A stretch of DNA of 64,000 nt from Octopus vulgaris. Lineage: Eukaryota. Made by a program: the position numbers and the translations under genes. A model generated the notes under the pieces. It saw nothing but the letters and a program-made list of their open reading frames with translations. It was not told the origin of the DNA and did no database searches. Of the stretch, positions 13,601-28,042 are shown in pieces (position 1 is the first letter of the stretch; each line of letters starts with the position of its first letter). The stretch lies in NCBI GenBank assembly GCA_951406725.2, contig OX597819.1:27218001-27282000 (forward strand), given 5' to 3'.

Positions 13601-14270
13601 TCAATACCATGTATGTCATAAGGTCTACAAGTCGGACAGAGGCCTCAAGAGACATTTTAAGATTCACAAAGACCAGAGCGTAACTGCAGTCCATGATGGT
13701 CCAAAGCAGATATGCAATTGGTATGTGTGTCTTTTCAAATTATTGTCAGGTTAAAAGGTCACATCTGACGCCATAATGGATCCCCGGTGTAAGTACAAGA
13801 GGTGATCGAGACTCTGCATAAGTAGTAGACAACCAGCATATATATATATATATATATACCACCCTGCCCTGTCCCTAGCCATATTCAGATGGCTTTAGTC
13901 CCTATGTTATCGAGCAGTTACTGTCTATATCCCTTTTAGAGAATTATTATTGCTTTCGAACAGATTTTCGAAATCAGCAAATGTATTTTGTATCCATCTG
14001 TGCACACCTGTCAATACCATGTATGTCATAAGGTCTACAAGTCGGACAGAGGCCTCAAGAGACATTTTAAGATTCACAAAGACCAGAGCGTAACTGCAGT
14101 CCATGATGGTCCAAAGCAGATATGCAATTTATGTGGGTGTCTTTTCAAATTATTGTCAGGTTAAAAGGCACCGTCTGTCGCCATAATGGTGACGTCGATG
14201 TTCGCCTGGGGTAAGTGCAAGAGGTGACACCCCCACCACTCTGTCCCTAAGCCATATTAGATGGCTTTAC
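13601..14270. repeat. Tandem segmental duplication (about 410-bp period, core 13601-13765 vs 14011-14170)
   Basis: Identical run TCAATACCATGTATG...GCAGATATGCAATT in both copies, with noisy flanks. Confidence 0.85.
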
Positions 14271-14274
14271 CATG

Positions 14275-14344
<70 letters not shown>

Positions 14345-14392
14345 GTATATATGTATATATGTGTGTGTGTGTATATATATACATATATATAC

Positions 14393-14425
<33 letters not shown>

Positions 14426-14427
14426 CA

Positions 14428-14486
<59 letters not shown>

Positions 14487-14764
14487 ATACATATAAAAGG
14501 GATGACCTGTAAGTGGACATCCATTATGCTACAAGAAGATCCGCTATGGTCTTACCACTAAGAAAGGAATGTTCTCAAGGTAATTTAGCAAACGCCAGAA
14601 CCTCAATTATAATTATATTCATAATTATAAAAATTATTATTTAAGTTTACCGGTAATGGTTCTTTTAACATGCCGAAGCTACTTGCTTAGATTATTAATT
14701 ATTAATTAATTAATTAATTACTTTTACCCTTTATTATTATTGATATTATATATATATATATAAT

Positions 14765-15152
14765 GGAGTGGCTGTGTGGTAAGTACCTTGTTTACCAACC
14801 ACATGGTTCCGGGTTCAGTCCCACTGCGTGGCACTTTGGGTAAGTGTCTTCTACTATAGCCTCGGGCCGACCAAAGCCTTGTGAGTGGATTTGGTAGACG
14901 GAAACTGAAAGAAGCCTGTCGTATATATGTATATATATGCGTGTGTGTGTTTGTCTGTCTGTGTTTGTCCCCCTAACATTGCTTGACAACCGATGCTGGT
15001 GTGCTTATATTCCCGTCACTTAGCGGTTCGGCAAAAGAGTCCGATAGATTAAGTACTGGGCTTACAAAAGAATAAGTCCCGGGGTCGAGTTGCTCGATTA
15101 AAGGCGGTGCTCCAGCATGGCCGCAGTCAAATGACTGAAACAAGTAAAAGAG

Positions 15153-15153
<1 letters not shown>
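14765..15153 (+). mobile_element. SINE A near full-length
   Basis: Same head, body and tail as the 4308 copy. Confidence 0.9.
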
Positions 15154-15229
<76 letters not shown>

Positions 15230-15342
15230 ATGTTTCATTTACTACACAACTATGTTCCAGTTTAGTATTTTTCGTTTTAGATTCTTTGTACTTACCTATT
15301 AGATCTTTACTTGACTGAGAAAGATAAGATTCCTAAATTTAT

Positions 15343-15383
15343 ATTCGACGTTTCCAGACATTCACAGGGTCATTTTCAAGAAT
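15343..15383 (-). ncRNA. Degenerate minimal type-I hammerhead-like motif (U3-A8 variant), probable Penelope-like remnant
   Basis: Minus strand: ATTC-TTGAAAA-T-GAC(CCTGTGAAT)GTC-TG-GAAA-CG-TC-GAAT. Confidence 0.45.
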
Positions 15384-16136
15384 TGAATATATATATATAT
15401 ATACATATATGGGCATCACTTGAAATTGAAACTGGGAATGTCTGACAAAGTCGAACATCACTTTAAGTAGTCTATTGTCCCAAACCAACTGTAAAAGGAA
15501 AGCAGAGACTAAGAAATTATGAAAACAACTGAGAAGAAAATACGGAAAATATAAAATTAGAAATATAAAAATTGAACATAGTTGTATACTTAATGAAACA
15601 CGCTTAGAAGATAAGCTATTCCCCATGTACACGTGTTTCCTTCTCTCTCTCTATGTGTGTGTGTGTATGTTTGTGTGTAACCATGTACTTGAAATGGCTT
15701 CATAAGGTAGATAAAGTTTTATCTCACCCCGTCCTTACTGCTGATAAAATCTTTGCAGAAGCAGATAATGACGGGGATTATTTGTAAACCCCAGGGATTT
15801 CATTTTGCTGTTGTTACTCCTCTTTCTACCGTTCTTATTGCTGTTCTTGTTGTTATCATTATTAGTATTATTATCACTATTATCATTATTAACATTCTCA
15901 CTATTATCTATTGTTGTTGTCGATGATGATAATGTTATTGTTGTAGGTGATTCTTTTTTTGTTTTCGTTTTTTGTTTTTGTGAAGTATCTATTTTTCTGA
16001 CATTTTTGTTTTTTGTGTGGTACACAAGAAATGCATTTGAAACCATGTTATAAACTTTGTAACAATGATAACGGCTAGAGTAATAGTAGTGATGATGGTG
16101 AGGATGGTGGTGGCAGTGGTGGCAGATGTGGGAGTC

Positions 16137-16448
<312 letters not shown>

Positions 16449-16870
16449 TTGTGATAGCGGCGGTCGAGATTGTCGTTCTCATGATGATGGCATTAGTAAT
16501 GGGAAGGACAAGAAGAGGGGGTAGAAGAGGTGTGGAAAATGTGTTAAACTCATTTTGCATAACGCCTAAGGACGATTTTCGTACAGACGATGGCTATTGA
16601 ACCAAAACCACATGTCCATGACTGTCCTCTTATCTACAGACATTAAAACTGTCATTTTCTTTAACTGCACGTCAAATCTGGAGATTTCTTGAATTTTTAG
16701 ATTGCTACTATTAGTTTCATGTGCTGGGACAATGCCAAACTGTAGTTTAAAACAGGTTTGGTGTCCTAGCACAGTCGTCCGATTATAGGAGGATCAAACC
16801 CTAAAACAATCTATATACATTTATATGTACGTATGTATATACATGTATATATACATATATATATATATAT

Positions 16871-17020
16871 ACGACAGGCTTCTTTCAGTTTCGTCTACCA
16901 AATCCGCTCACGAGGCTTTGGTCGGCTCGAGGTAATAGCAGAATGCAGTTGCTCAAGTTGCCACGCAGTGAGACTGAACCAGGAACCATATGGTTAGGAA
17001 GCAAGCTTCTTATCACCCCG
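16871..17020 (-). mobile_element. SINE A 5' half, diverged
   Basis: GACAGGCTTCTTTCAGTTTC...GCCACGCAGTGAGACTGAACC on the plus strand. Confidence 0.75.
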
Positions 17021-17024
17021 CCCT

Positions 17025-17069
<45 letters not shown>

Positions 17070-17116
17070 AGACAGATAGATAATAACCACCAAGCTGGCT
17101 AGCTAACTAGATAAAT

Positions 17117-17202
<86 letters not shown>

Positions 17203-18450
17203 GTACACAGACCCATGCATTCATATGTATGTCTGTGTGTGCATGAGTACTGAATATATTTGTATGTCTATGAATATATACGCATTTATATCTATATATC
17301 TATCCATCTATTTGTACTTATATATATATACATACACATGCACTCACACATACACATACACACACACGCACATATATATATAGTAGTGTGTGTATGTTAA
17401 TATGTATATGTATATCTAAGTGTATATGTGTATATGTCTGTATTTGCATGAACACATATATACGTGTGTTATATAAGAATGTACATATTTCATTTCTACT
17501 GCGATAGTTCAGAACCTTTCTCATGCATGATAATTCAAAATAAAAAATTTTCAAAAATAAAAATACAAAAAGGGTAAACAAAGCACCACATCTCTAGAAA
17601 GCAGGTCGCCAAAAGATCTTTTGTTTTACATATATCAGACGAACGACACACGAACAGATAAAATTATACATATACAGGTGATGGATAAAATAGACAAAAT
17701 TTTACAGATAGTAGGACTTTTACAACGAAAACCTAGCAAACAGAGACTCAAAACAATCGTCATAAATAGAGTGAATGGAAATATAGCGTGAATATAAACA
17801 GAGATATTTGACCGGCGAATTGACGTAATAGCGGAAGACGTGATTGTTGAGAATTATGCATAAACTTCAGTCGCGTCAGTTAGATGTGACAGAATTAACG
17901 GACGTTACACAAACATGGCGAATTCAGCTTTTATTTACAATTCATGTTTGTATTGTTTGTTCGTTTACGTTTTTTTTTTTATAATTGTTGTGTTTCTTTT
18001 TGTGTTATTTCCGTTTTGTTTTCGTATGTTTTCGTTTAATTATCTTTTAAGCACTTCTTAGTATGAATACGTGTGTGTGTGTTTATGTGTGCATAGTGCA
18101 TATATATATATTTACACACTCGTATATATATGTATATATGTATGTATATGTGTGTATAAATATACATTTCGTATGCATATGTGTGTGTGTATGTGTGCTT
18201 GTGTTTATATATGCAAATATATGTATACATATATATATATTTATATATATATTATGTCTATATATATATATATATATAAACTTACTTGGAAAGATATATA
18301 TGTATATATATGTATATATATATATACATATATATACATACATACATATATACACACATGTATATGTACGTATGCATGTATATATGTCAGTGCATATATA
18401 TATATAATATATATACATACATATACATACCTATATGTATATATATATAC

Positions 18451-18531
<81 letters not shown>

Positions 18532-19034
18532 CTGTTTGTGTGTGTGGATGTGTGCATGTCTTGTCATGTAATCTATGTATGGATGTGGACATATGTGTGT
18601 GAGTATGTCGTTAGCATTTTGGCATAAAATTTGCATACGTATGCTTAAAATGAAGACATAAGACATGTTTAATGCATCATTTTCGGGGAAATACCTCTGA
18701 GATATCTCCTAAGCTTTGCACTACACTTAATGTTATTTATAGTTGGCTCTTATTGCTATTGTCTGTTTTCGTTTTTTTTTGTTTGTAAGTTTTTTTGTTT
18801 TTTTTTGTCGTCGTCATCGGTTTTTGTTGACGTCTGCCTATATATTGCTGTCAGCTCTGTTGGCACGGAAATAGCCAGAAGAACGACAAGAATCAGCCCA
18901 TGTGTTTGCAATTTTATGCTCATGTGTCTGACAGTTACCTGGTGGACGTGGAATTTATATCTGCATAATGGAATAGCCGAAATACTATAATAATAATAAC
19001 AATAATAGTAATGATGATGATGATGATGATGATG

Positions 19035-19145
<111 letters not shown>

Positions 19146-19156
19146 GCAGCAGCAAC

Positions 19157-19217
<61 letters not shown>

Positions 19218-19436
19218 TGATGGTAGTGATGGTAGTGATGGTGGGTTCAAAATTTAGACACGAGGTTAGCAATGAAAGCGGAGCGGGTTAGCAGGATTTC
19301 TTCAGTTTTTTTTTTGTTTTGAATTTTGAATTTTTGTTTTTATCTGTTTTGTTTTTACATCAAATGCAATTCGCATACTGAGGTCGATGACATCGACTTC
19401 CCCACCCCGCAAGATTTCAGTAGTCATGTTAAAAAC

Positions 19437-19485
<49 letters not shown>

Positions 19486-19669
19486 GGTGGTGGTGGTGGT
19501 TGTCGTCGTCGTCGTAGTAGTAGTAGTAGGAGTCTGCCGAGATCGACTTTGCCCTTCATTAATTCGAGGGTCGATAAAAGAAGTACAAGTCACGTACTAA
19601 AGTCAATGTAATCAACTCGTTCCCTCCCCCAATGCTTCAAGTATTGTGCCTATAACTGAAATTATTCGT

Positions 19670-20450
19670 ATTGAGTGAGAGAGCAGCGCATGCCATCAAT
19701 CTGACGCTAGGTTACAAATATACGAAGCCCAGCATACCCATGATGACTACCCTTCTGACATGGGTACACATGCATCATAACCATATGTGCGCGACACGGT
19801 GATCTCATATCAAGATAAACAGCGCATTACTTTGCAGGTGGGGCCCAGTGAAAATTTTTTTCAGGTCGACTCACCCATCCCGCTCAAAAGGACCCTGAAT
19901 AAGAATTGTTTAAGGATGATGAAAGCCCCATGTTTCCAAACGTGAAGTATTCAAACCCCAAAGAATTCCTCTCAACATATGATGGCTATGGTACTCCCCA
20001 CTTCTTCTGCTCGTGATCAGAAATGCACATATTGTCAGACACCAAAGGACATGCTCAACTGGTTATGGTCAAACAACTGGCAAACAAATCTGTGGTATTA
20101 AGCAGAATATTTCCTGCAGCCCATTTTTTTACACCAAGACAGAATGTGTACATTCTTGAGAAAATAAAGCACTGACCCAGATGGAAAGTGGCAGCAGCAA
20201 TACTTCAATGCGAAATGAGGCTGCATGCCAGCCCTTGACTAGATCCTTGTCGACTAAGCCCTGATATTTCGATTTCTTTCCCTGTTGGATAACATCGAGT
20301 CTGTCTTCCCAGGAAATTGTAAGTTCGACCACGATGATTGTTTTGGTATTCCCGGAGAGCAGAAACAAGTCTGGCCAATGTAATGTTACCACTATCTTTT
20401 CTGGGAAGACAGGTCTGCCCCGCAGTCTACATGCGTCTCCAAGTCTAGCG
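19670..20450 (-). mobile_element. 3' end of a HERO/R2-group non-LTR retrotransposon (restriction-like endonuclease + 3' UTR), degenerate
   Basis: The minus frame reads FPEKIVVTLHWPDLFLLSGNTKTIIVVELTISWEDRLDVIQQGKKSKYQGLV...GWH...IEV. This matches the RPD..ELTVPWEE..K..KY..GW..VEVG RLE signature. The UTR boundary is approximate. Confidence 0.75.
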
Positions 20451-21074
20451 CTGAAGTTGAACGCAAAATAATTGAAACAGACGATATAATTTATCTTTCA
20501 AAAAAAAAAAAAAAAAAGATTGTGGGTTTGAAGCTTGCTTCTTAACGGGGTTTTGAGTTCAATACCACGCAAGCTTATTAACCACTCAACCGTGCCCGCG
20601 CCTTTCGTCGTTGAAGTTGTACGAACGTCATCCATCTTCATCCGTTCTGTTACCCCTTTGTTAGTCTGTTTGCCTTTAATGGTACGATTAATTCTCGGTA
20701 TGACATGTAAAGACAAAAAGACAATATAATATAACAAAAATACTTTCCGAAATATTAGCCTCAAGGGTACAAATTCTTTATCGAAGGATCTAAAGTTTAA
20801 TTATATTGACAGCAATATTTGACTGGTATTTATTCTATTGATCCGAAGGAAGAGGAGGCAAGGAGAAAGACTGCTTCTCCCGGTTGGATTAGGACTCAGA
20901 ATGTAAATGACATAACTAAACAATGCCAGTCATTTTTATCACAGTATTGCCGGTTCTGCCAACAACATGATTAATAACAAGTGAGCCAACGAGAAAGCTT
21001 TATGAGTCGCTTGACCTGCTAAAAATAGCAGTCAAATATTTCTCAGCTCATTTATAATTCAGGATATGAAATAT

Positions 21075-22105
21075 TGGTTTCAAATTTTGGCACAAGGCCT
21101 GCATTTTCGAGGGCGAGGAGAAGTTGATTACATAGACCCCAGTTTTCAACTAGTACTTATTTTATTGACTCGGAAAGAATGAAAGACAAAGTCGACTTCG
21201 GAGGAATTTGAACTCAGAACGTAAAAACAGACAAAATACCTATTTCTTTACTGCTCACAAGGGGCTACACCCAGAGGAGACAAACAGGGACAGACAAACG
21301 GATTACGTTGATCATATCTACCCCAGTTCGTAACTGGTACTTATTTAATCGACACCGAAAGGATAAAAGGCAAAGTCGACCTCGGCGGAATTTGAACTGA
21401 GAACGTAACGGCAGACGAAATACCTATTTCTTTACTACCCACAAGGGCCTAAACACAGAGGAGACAAACGGATTAAGTCGATTATATCTACCCCAGTGCG
21501 TAACTGGTACTTATTTAATCGACACCGAAAGGATAAAAGGCAAAGTCGACCTCGGCGGAATTTGAACTGAGAACGTAACGGCAGACGAAATACCTATTTC
21601 TTTACTACCCACAAGGGGCTAAACACAGAGGGGACAAACAAGGACAGACAAACGGATTAAGTCGATTATATCGACCCCGGTGCGTAACTGGTACTTATTT
21701 AATCGACCCCGAAAGGATGAAAGGCAAAGTCGACCTCGGCGGAATTTGAACTCAGAACGTAGCGGCAGACGAAATACGGCTAAGCATTTCACCCGGCGTG
21801 CTAACGATTCTGCCAGCTCGCCTCCTTTGAACTTAAATTTAATGACAACGTTAGCACGCCGGGCGAAATGCTTAGTGGTATTTCGTCTGTCGTTACGTTG
21901 TGAGTTCAAATTCCGCCAAGGTCGACTTTGCCTTTCATCCTTTCGGGGTCGATAAATTAAGTACCAGTTACGCACAGGGGTCGATGTAATCGACTTAATA
22001 CCTATGTCTGTCCTTGTTTGTCCCCTCTATGTTTATCCCCTTGTGGGTAATAAAGAAATAGGTACTTTGCCCGGCGTGCTAACGATTCTGCCAGCTCACC
22101 CGCCT
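21075..22105. mobile_element. Nested SINE B array (four minus units, one plus copy, orphan minus head)
   Basis: Junctions at 21240/1, 21424/5 and 21594/5. A plus copy spans about 21848-22060, and a minus head spans 22062-22105. Confidence 0.85.
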
Positions 22106-22606
22106 TTTAAGGATTTTGAAACATTAGACAATACTGAGTAAGATGCCCCTGAAAACAAAAGACTGGATGTTCACGAGTGGAATGCTTTTGATCATAGGTT
22201 TGTTCAATCACGGTAAGCCAAACTTAAAGAATAACAACAGAAACTGCTGCAGTAATAGTAACAGAAGTTAATACCAAACGAAAGAGAAAGAACGAAAGCA
22301 GCAATGAGAGAAAGAGTTATTGGAAAGTTATAAAATGATAGACTAGATGTGAAGTTACGTTTGATTTATGTGTTCCGTTTAATGAGTGTGACGTACACAG
22401 GACGAAGAGTTCTATGGCGTCCTTATAAAATGATGGCCGTGAAATAACGTGCACGGCAAAATATAACACATTGGGGAGAACGTGTGTGCACGCGTGCGTG
22501 CGTGTTTGCGCGGGAGCGCGTATTTGAACACACGCATGTATGTAAGTGATTGTGTGTGTGCGTGTGTGCGTGTGCGTGTTGTGTGTGTGTGTGTGTGTGC
22601 TTGTGC

Positions 22607-22641
<35 letters not shown>

Positions 22642-23395
22642 TTTGGCATGTTTATTAGGTTTGTATGTTTGTTTGGTGTGTGTGTAAATGGGAGTGTGTG
22701 AGATTGTTAGAGTGTATGTATGTGTGCGTGTGTGTGTGTGTGTGCCTTTGGGTGTGTGTGTGTGTGCGTGCGTTTAGCATGTTTATAGGTTTGTTTGCCG
22801 TGTGTGAATGAGTGTGTGAGTTTGTGAGTGTGTGTAGTTGTGTTTGCGTGAGTTTGTGTGTGTATGTGTTTGCGTGTGTCTGTGTTTGTGTGTGTGTGTT
22901 TGCATGTGTGTATGTGTATGTGTGTGTGTTTATAGCTTTGTTTGCCGTGTGTGAATGAATGTGTGAGTTTGTCAGTGTGTGTAGTTGTGTTTGTGTGTGT
23001 TTGCGTATGTTTGTGTGTGTGTGTGTATGTGTTTGCATGTGTGTGTGTGCGCGCACGCGTTTAGCATGTTTGTAGCTTCGCTTTTAGCGTATGTGCGTGA
23101 GTGTGTGAGTTTGTGAGAGTGTGTGTGTTTGCATGTGTTTGTGTTTATGTGTGTATGCTTGCGTTTAGCATATTTGCAGATTTGTTTAGTATAAATGTGT
23201 GAGTGCGAGTGGGGGAGTTTGTGAGATTGTGCGTGTATTTGTGTTTGTATTTGTGCGCGTGTGTTTGTGTTAGTGCGTGTGTGTATTTGGGTGTGTATAT
23301 GTATTTTCGTTTGGGTTGGTCATTGTATATGGCAAAATAATATTTGTGTAACAATGTAAAGATGGTAGATAGTAAGGTGCACTTGTACAATAGAC

Positions 23396-23785
23396 TGCGT
23401 GGTACCTTGGGCAAGTGTCTTCTACTATAGCCTCGGGCCGACCAAAGCCATGTGAGTGGATTTGGTAGACAGAAACTGAAAGAAGCTCGTCGTATATATG
23501 TATATGTATAAATATATGTGTGTGTTCGTATATATGTATATGTATAAATATATGTGTGTGCATTTGTGTGTCTGTGTTTGTCCCCCCACCCCACCCAGCA
23601 TCGCTTGACAGCCGATGCTGGTGTGTTGACGTCCCCGTAACTTAGCGGTTCGGCAAAAAGAGACCGATAGAATAAGTACTAGGCTTACAAAGAATAAGTT
23701 CTGGGGTCGATTTCCTCGACTAAAGGCGGTGCTCCAGCATGACCACAGTCAAATGACTGAAACAAGTAAAAGAGTAAAAGAGAGT
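23396..23785 (+). mobile_element. SINE A, 5'-truncated
   Basis: Starts at CTGCGTGGTACCTTGGGCAAG and has a complete tail. Confidence 0.85.
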
Positions 23786-24149
23786 ATACATACATACATA
23801 CATACATACATACATCTTCTGGGACTTCAAACAAACTACATGCACTATTATGAATCTCTTATTCAACATCAACAAAACGATAAAAGTCTCTTTAGAACTG
23901 TAGTTCTAATAATAATAACTTTTGCACTCTCCCTACCAGCAACAACTCGGTAAAATTAGGTCTTTCGCAGAGGGAACACACAAAAATAATATCAGACAAT
24001 TATTGCAAGGCTGTTGTTCAGAAACAGACGACTAAAAATAGTAGTGTTAACAACATTTTGTTTCCTTTATTATTCTAATGAGTTCACTGTCCAAAATAAT
24101 TGAAATTATAGTCTCAATTTTCGTTAAGCATATGTTTTTTATTCTCTTT

Positions 24150-24920
24150 TACTCTAGGCACAAGGCTTTGGGAGAGGAGCCAGTCGATTTGATCGACCCC
24201 AATTCGCAACTGGTACTTAATTTATCGACCACGAAAGGATGAAAGGCAATGTCGACCTCGGCGAAATTTGAACTCAGAATGTAAAGACAGACGAAATACC
24301 TATTTCTTTACTACCCACAAGGGGCTAAACACAGAGAAGACAAACAAGGAAAAACAGATGGATTAAGCCGATTACATCGAACCCAGTGCATAAAAGGTTC
24401 TTCATTTATCAACCCGAAAGGATGAAAGGCAAAGTCGACCTCGGCGGAATTTGAACTCAGAACGTAACGGAAGACGAAATACCTATTTTTTTACTACTTA
24501 CAAGGGGCTAAACACAGAGGAGACAAACAAGGACAGACAAACTGATTAAGTCGATCATATTTACTCCAGTGCGTAACTGGTACTTATTTAATCGAACCCG
24601 AAAGGATGAAAGGCTAAGTCGACCTCGGCGGAATTTGAACTCAGAACATAAAGACAAACGAAATACCGCTAAGCATTTCGCTCGGCGTGCTAACGTTTCT
24701 GCCAGCTCGCCGCCTTAGTTATGTTATTTATTCTTTTCTACTCGAGGCACAAGGATCGAAATTTTGGGGGAGGGGGCAGTCGATTAGATCGACACCAGTA
24801 CGCAACTGGTACTTACTTTATCGGCCCCGAAAGAATGAAAGGCATTTCGCCCGGCCTGCTAATGTGCTAAGCATTTCGCCTGGCGTGCTAACGATTCTGG
24901 CATCACGCCGCGCCGCCTTA
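24150..24920 (-). mobile_element. SINE B trimer (24150-24715) plus a rearranged copy
   Basis: Junctions at 24300/1 and 24483/4. The 3'-most unit has tail 2. Confidence 0.85.
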
Positions 24921-24944
24921 GTTATGTTATTTATTCTCGCTTTT

Positions 24945-25268
24945 GAAGGTGCGCGGCTTAGTTATGAGAGTCTTTGGCTCACGATCGTAGGGTTTTGAGT
25001 TCGATTCCCGGTGGTGCGTTGTGTCCTTGAGCAAGACACTTTATTTCACGTTGCTTCAGTTTTCTCAGCTGGCAAAAATGGGTTGTGCTGGTAATTCAAA
25101 GGGCCGGCCTCGTGACATTCTGTGTCATGCTGAATCTCGTTGAGAACTACGTTAAGGGTTCGCGTGTCTGTGGAGTGCTCAGCCACTTGCACAATAGTTC
25201 TATGAGAAGAGTGTTCTGTTGATTGGATCAACTGGAACACTGGTTGACGTAACCGATGGAGTGCCAGT
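24945..25268 (+). mobile_element. SINE C (CORE-type)
   Basis: GAGTTCGATTCCC, GTGTCCTTGAGCAAGACACTTTATTTCACG, and the same tail as the 4885 copy. Confidence 0.8.
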
Positions 25269-25329
25269 GTTAAATCTCTCGTGTGACGCTTTATAGTATG
25301 AAGCAGGTTATAATATAGGCTGAGCTCCC

Positions 25330-25952
25330 ACCACCGCTTGACAACCGGTGTTCGTAAGTTTACGTCCCCGTAACTTAGCGGTTCGGCAAAAGAGACCGAT
25401 ACAATAAGTACTAGGCTTACAAAGAATAACTCCCGGAGGTCAATTTGTTCGACTAAAGGCGGTGCTCCACCATGGCCACAGTCATGATTGAAACAAGTAA
25501 AATAGTAAAAGAGTAAAAAGAGAGTAATCCTTTCTGCTATAGGCACAAGGCCTAAAATTTGGAGAGGTGGGGGATGAGTCGATTACATGGACCCCAGTGT
25601 TTTAATGCTACTTAATTTATCGACCCCGAAAGGATGAAATACAAAGTCGACCTCGGCGCTATTTGAACTCAAAATGTAGCGACAGACGAAACACTGCTAA
25701 GCATTTCGCAGGCTTTATAATAATAGTAATAATTATTATTATTTCAAATTTGTGCCACAAGGGCAGCTTGGGGGAGGTGGGAGATGAGCCGATTACATCA
25801 ACCCCAGTGTTCAACTGCCACTTAATTTATCGACCCCGAAATGATGAAAGGCAAAGTCAACATCGGCGGAATTTGAACTCAAAACCTAGCGACGGGCAAA
25901 ATACCGCTAAGCATTTCGCCCGGCGTGGTAACGATTCTGCCAGCTCGCCAAC

Positions 25953-25998
<46 letters not shown>

Positions 25999-26353
25999 TA
26001 ATAATAATAATAATGATGATGATGACGATGATGATGATTTCAAATTTTTACGTAACTGGTACTTATTTAATCGACCCCTAAAGGATGAAAGCAAAGTCGA
26101 CTTTGGCGGAATTTGAACTTAGAACGTTGAAACGTGCGAAATACCTATTTCTTTATTACCCACAAGGGGCAAAACATGGAGGAGACAAACAAGGACAGAC
26201 AAACAGTGCTTAACTGGTACTTAATTTATCGACCCCGAAAGGGATGAAAGGTGAAGTCAACCTCAGCGGAATTTGAACTCAGAGCGTAGCGGCAGACGAA
26301 ATACCGCTAAGCGTCTCGCCCGGCTTGCTAACGATTCTGTCAGCTTGCGGCCT
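25330..26353. mobile_element. SINE A 3' half (+) followed by several SINE B copies (-) and (AAT)n
   Basis: SINE A tail to about 25525. SINE B at about 25530-25710, 25742-25950 and 26050-26353 (junction 26145/6). Confidence 0.8.
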
Positions 26354-26388
26354 TAATAATGATAATAATAATAACAATAATAATAATG

Positions 26389-26442
<54 letters not shown>

Positions 26443-26446
26443 TGGA

Positions 26447-26830
26447 TGGAAGCAACTCCGTCGGTTACGACGACGAGGATTCTGGTTGATCCGTATCAAC
26501 GGAACAGCCTGCTCGTGAAATTAACGTGTAAGTGGCTGAGCACTCCACAGACTCGTGTACTCTTAACGTAGTTCTCGAGGAGATTCAGCGTGACACAGAG
26601 AGTGACAAGGCCGGCCCTTTGAAATACAGGTATAACAGAAACAGGAAGTAAGAGTGAGAGAAAGTTGTGGTGAAAGAGTACAGCAGGGATCACCACCATC
26701 CCCTGCCGGAGCCTCGTGGAGCTTTAGGTGTTTTCGCTCAATAAACACTCACAACGCCCGGTCTGGGAATCGAAATCGCGATCCTATGACCGCGAGTCCG
26801 CTGCCCTAACCACTGGACCATTGCGCCTCC
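26447..26830 (-). mobile_element. SINE C with tRNA-Arg-like head, full-length
   Basis: GGAGGCGCAATGGTCCAGTGGTTAGGGCAGCGGACTCGCGGTC...TTCGATTCCC. The tail is shared with the 4885 and 24945 copies. Confidence 0.85.
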
Positions 26831-27609
26831 ACAATAATAACAATAACAATAATGGCGACAATAATAATAATAAATATTTTTTTTTAAATCATAAAATCAA
26901 TCACTTACTCTAGATTTCCAAATATTACTATTGACTTCATCAGTAATTATGTCCGAGAATTCTTCTTCAAAGTACAGCGAATTACTGTGGCAAGGAATTG
27001 TCTGAAATACGACAAACGAAATATATTTACTTAGCTAACGTTTAAACTTCCGGTTTGTAACTTTAAAAAAATGATGTAGGTTTACAAGTAAAAGTATGTG
27101 TAAGTGTTTTTGGAGTGTTATTCAGCATTGTTTAAACATCAATGTAAGTGCTCCCCTTCTTAGATAATACTTCAAATAGATTGTGATAAAAATAGATACA
27201 TTGTTTTTATACACATACACATACACACGTGTGTGTGTGCGTGTGTATATATATATATATAGGATAAAATCTTTATAGGAATTTATCAAGTAGTCAGCGT
27301 GAAAACTTTATATATATATATATGCATACTATGTATGTATTTCTATATACGTATGTGTGCGTGTATGTGTATTTCTTTCCGTGATCTTTGACATGTAGGC
27401 CGTAAGCTTTGTCTCTGCGCTCAAGACATATGTCAGGACGTCACTACTTTAGATCGTCGGTCAAGTGATAGAGGTCAAACTTCGCCACAATGCGGAAGGA
27501 ATGCATTCAAGTTTGTCTAACTGACTCCACTCTACAGCATAACTAATTCCAATTAACGATCGATTATTTGGTGACGGTGCCTTAAATGCTTTTTTTTTAT
27601 CCCCACAGC

Positions 27610-27973
27610 GCAAGGAACGACAGTGTGGTTAAGATACTCCCTTTAGAGTTCAGTCTCCTGTACAACACTACAAGCAAATGTTTCTGCTTAAAGCCGGGGG
27701 CCGACCGAAACCTCGTAGGTGAAATTGGTAGACGGTAAACTCTATGAAAGTCCGTCATATATATATGACCACTCAGCTGGCAAAAATGAGTTGTACCTGA
27801 TGTTCAAAGTGCTGTCCTTGTCACATTCTGTGTCAATCTGAATCTCACTAAGAACTACGTTAGGGGTACACGTGTCTGTGGAGTGCTCAGCCACTTGCAC
27901 GTTAATTTCACGAGTAAGCAATTCCGTTGATCGTATCAGCTGGGACCCTCGTCATCGTAACCGACGGAGTGCT

Positions 27974-28042
<69 letters not shown>

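Noticed and set aside
21241-21780. Regularly spaced repeats suggesting a CRISPR array or retrozyme
   Set aside because: The units are whole SINE bodies with no unique spacers and no cas genes, and I found no hammerhead core in them.
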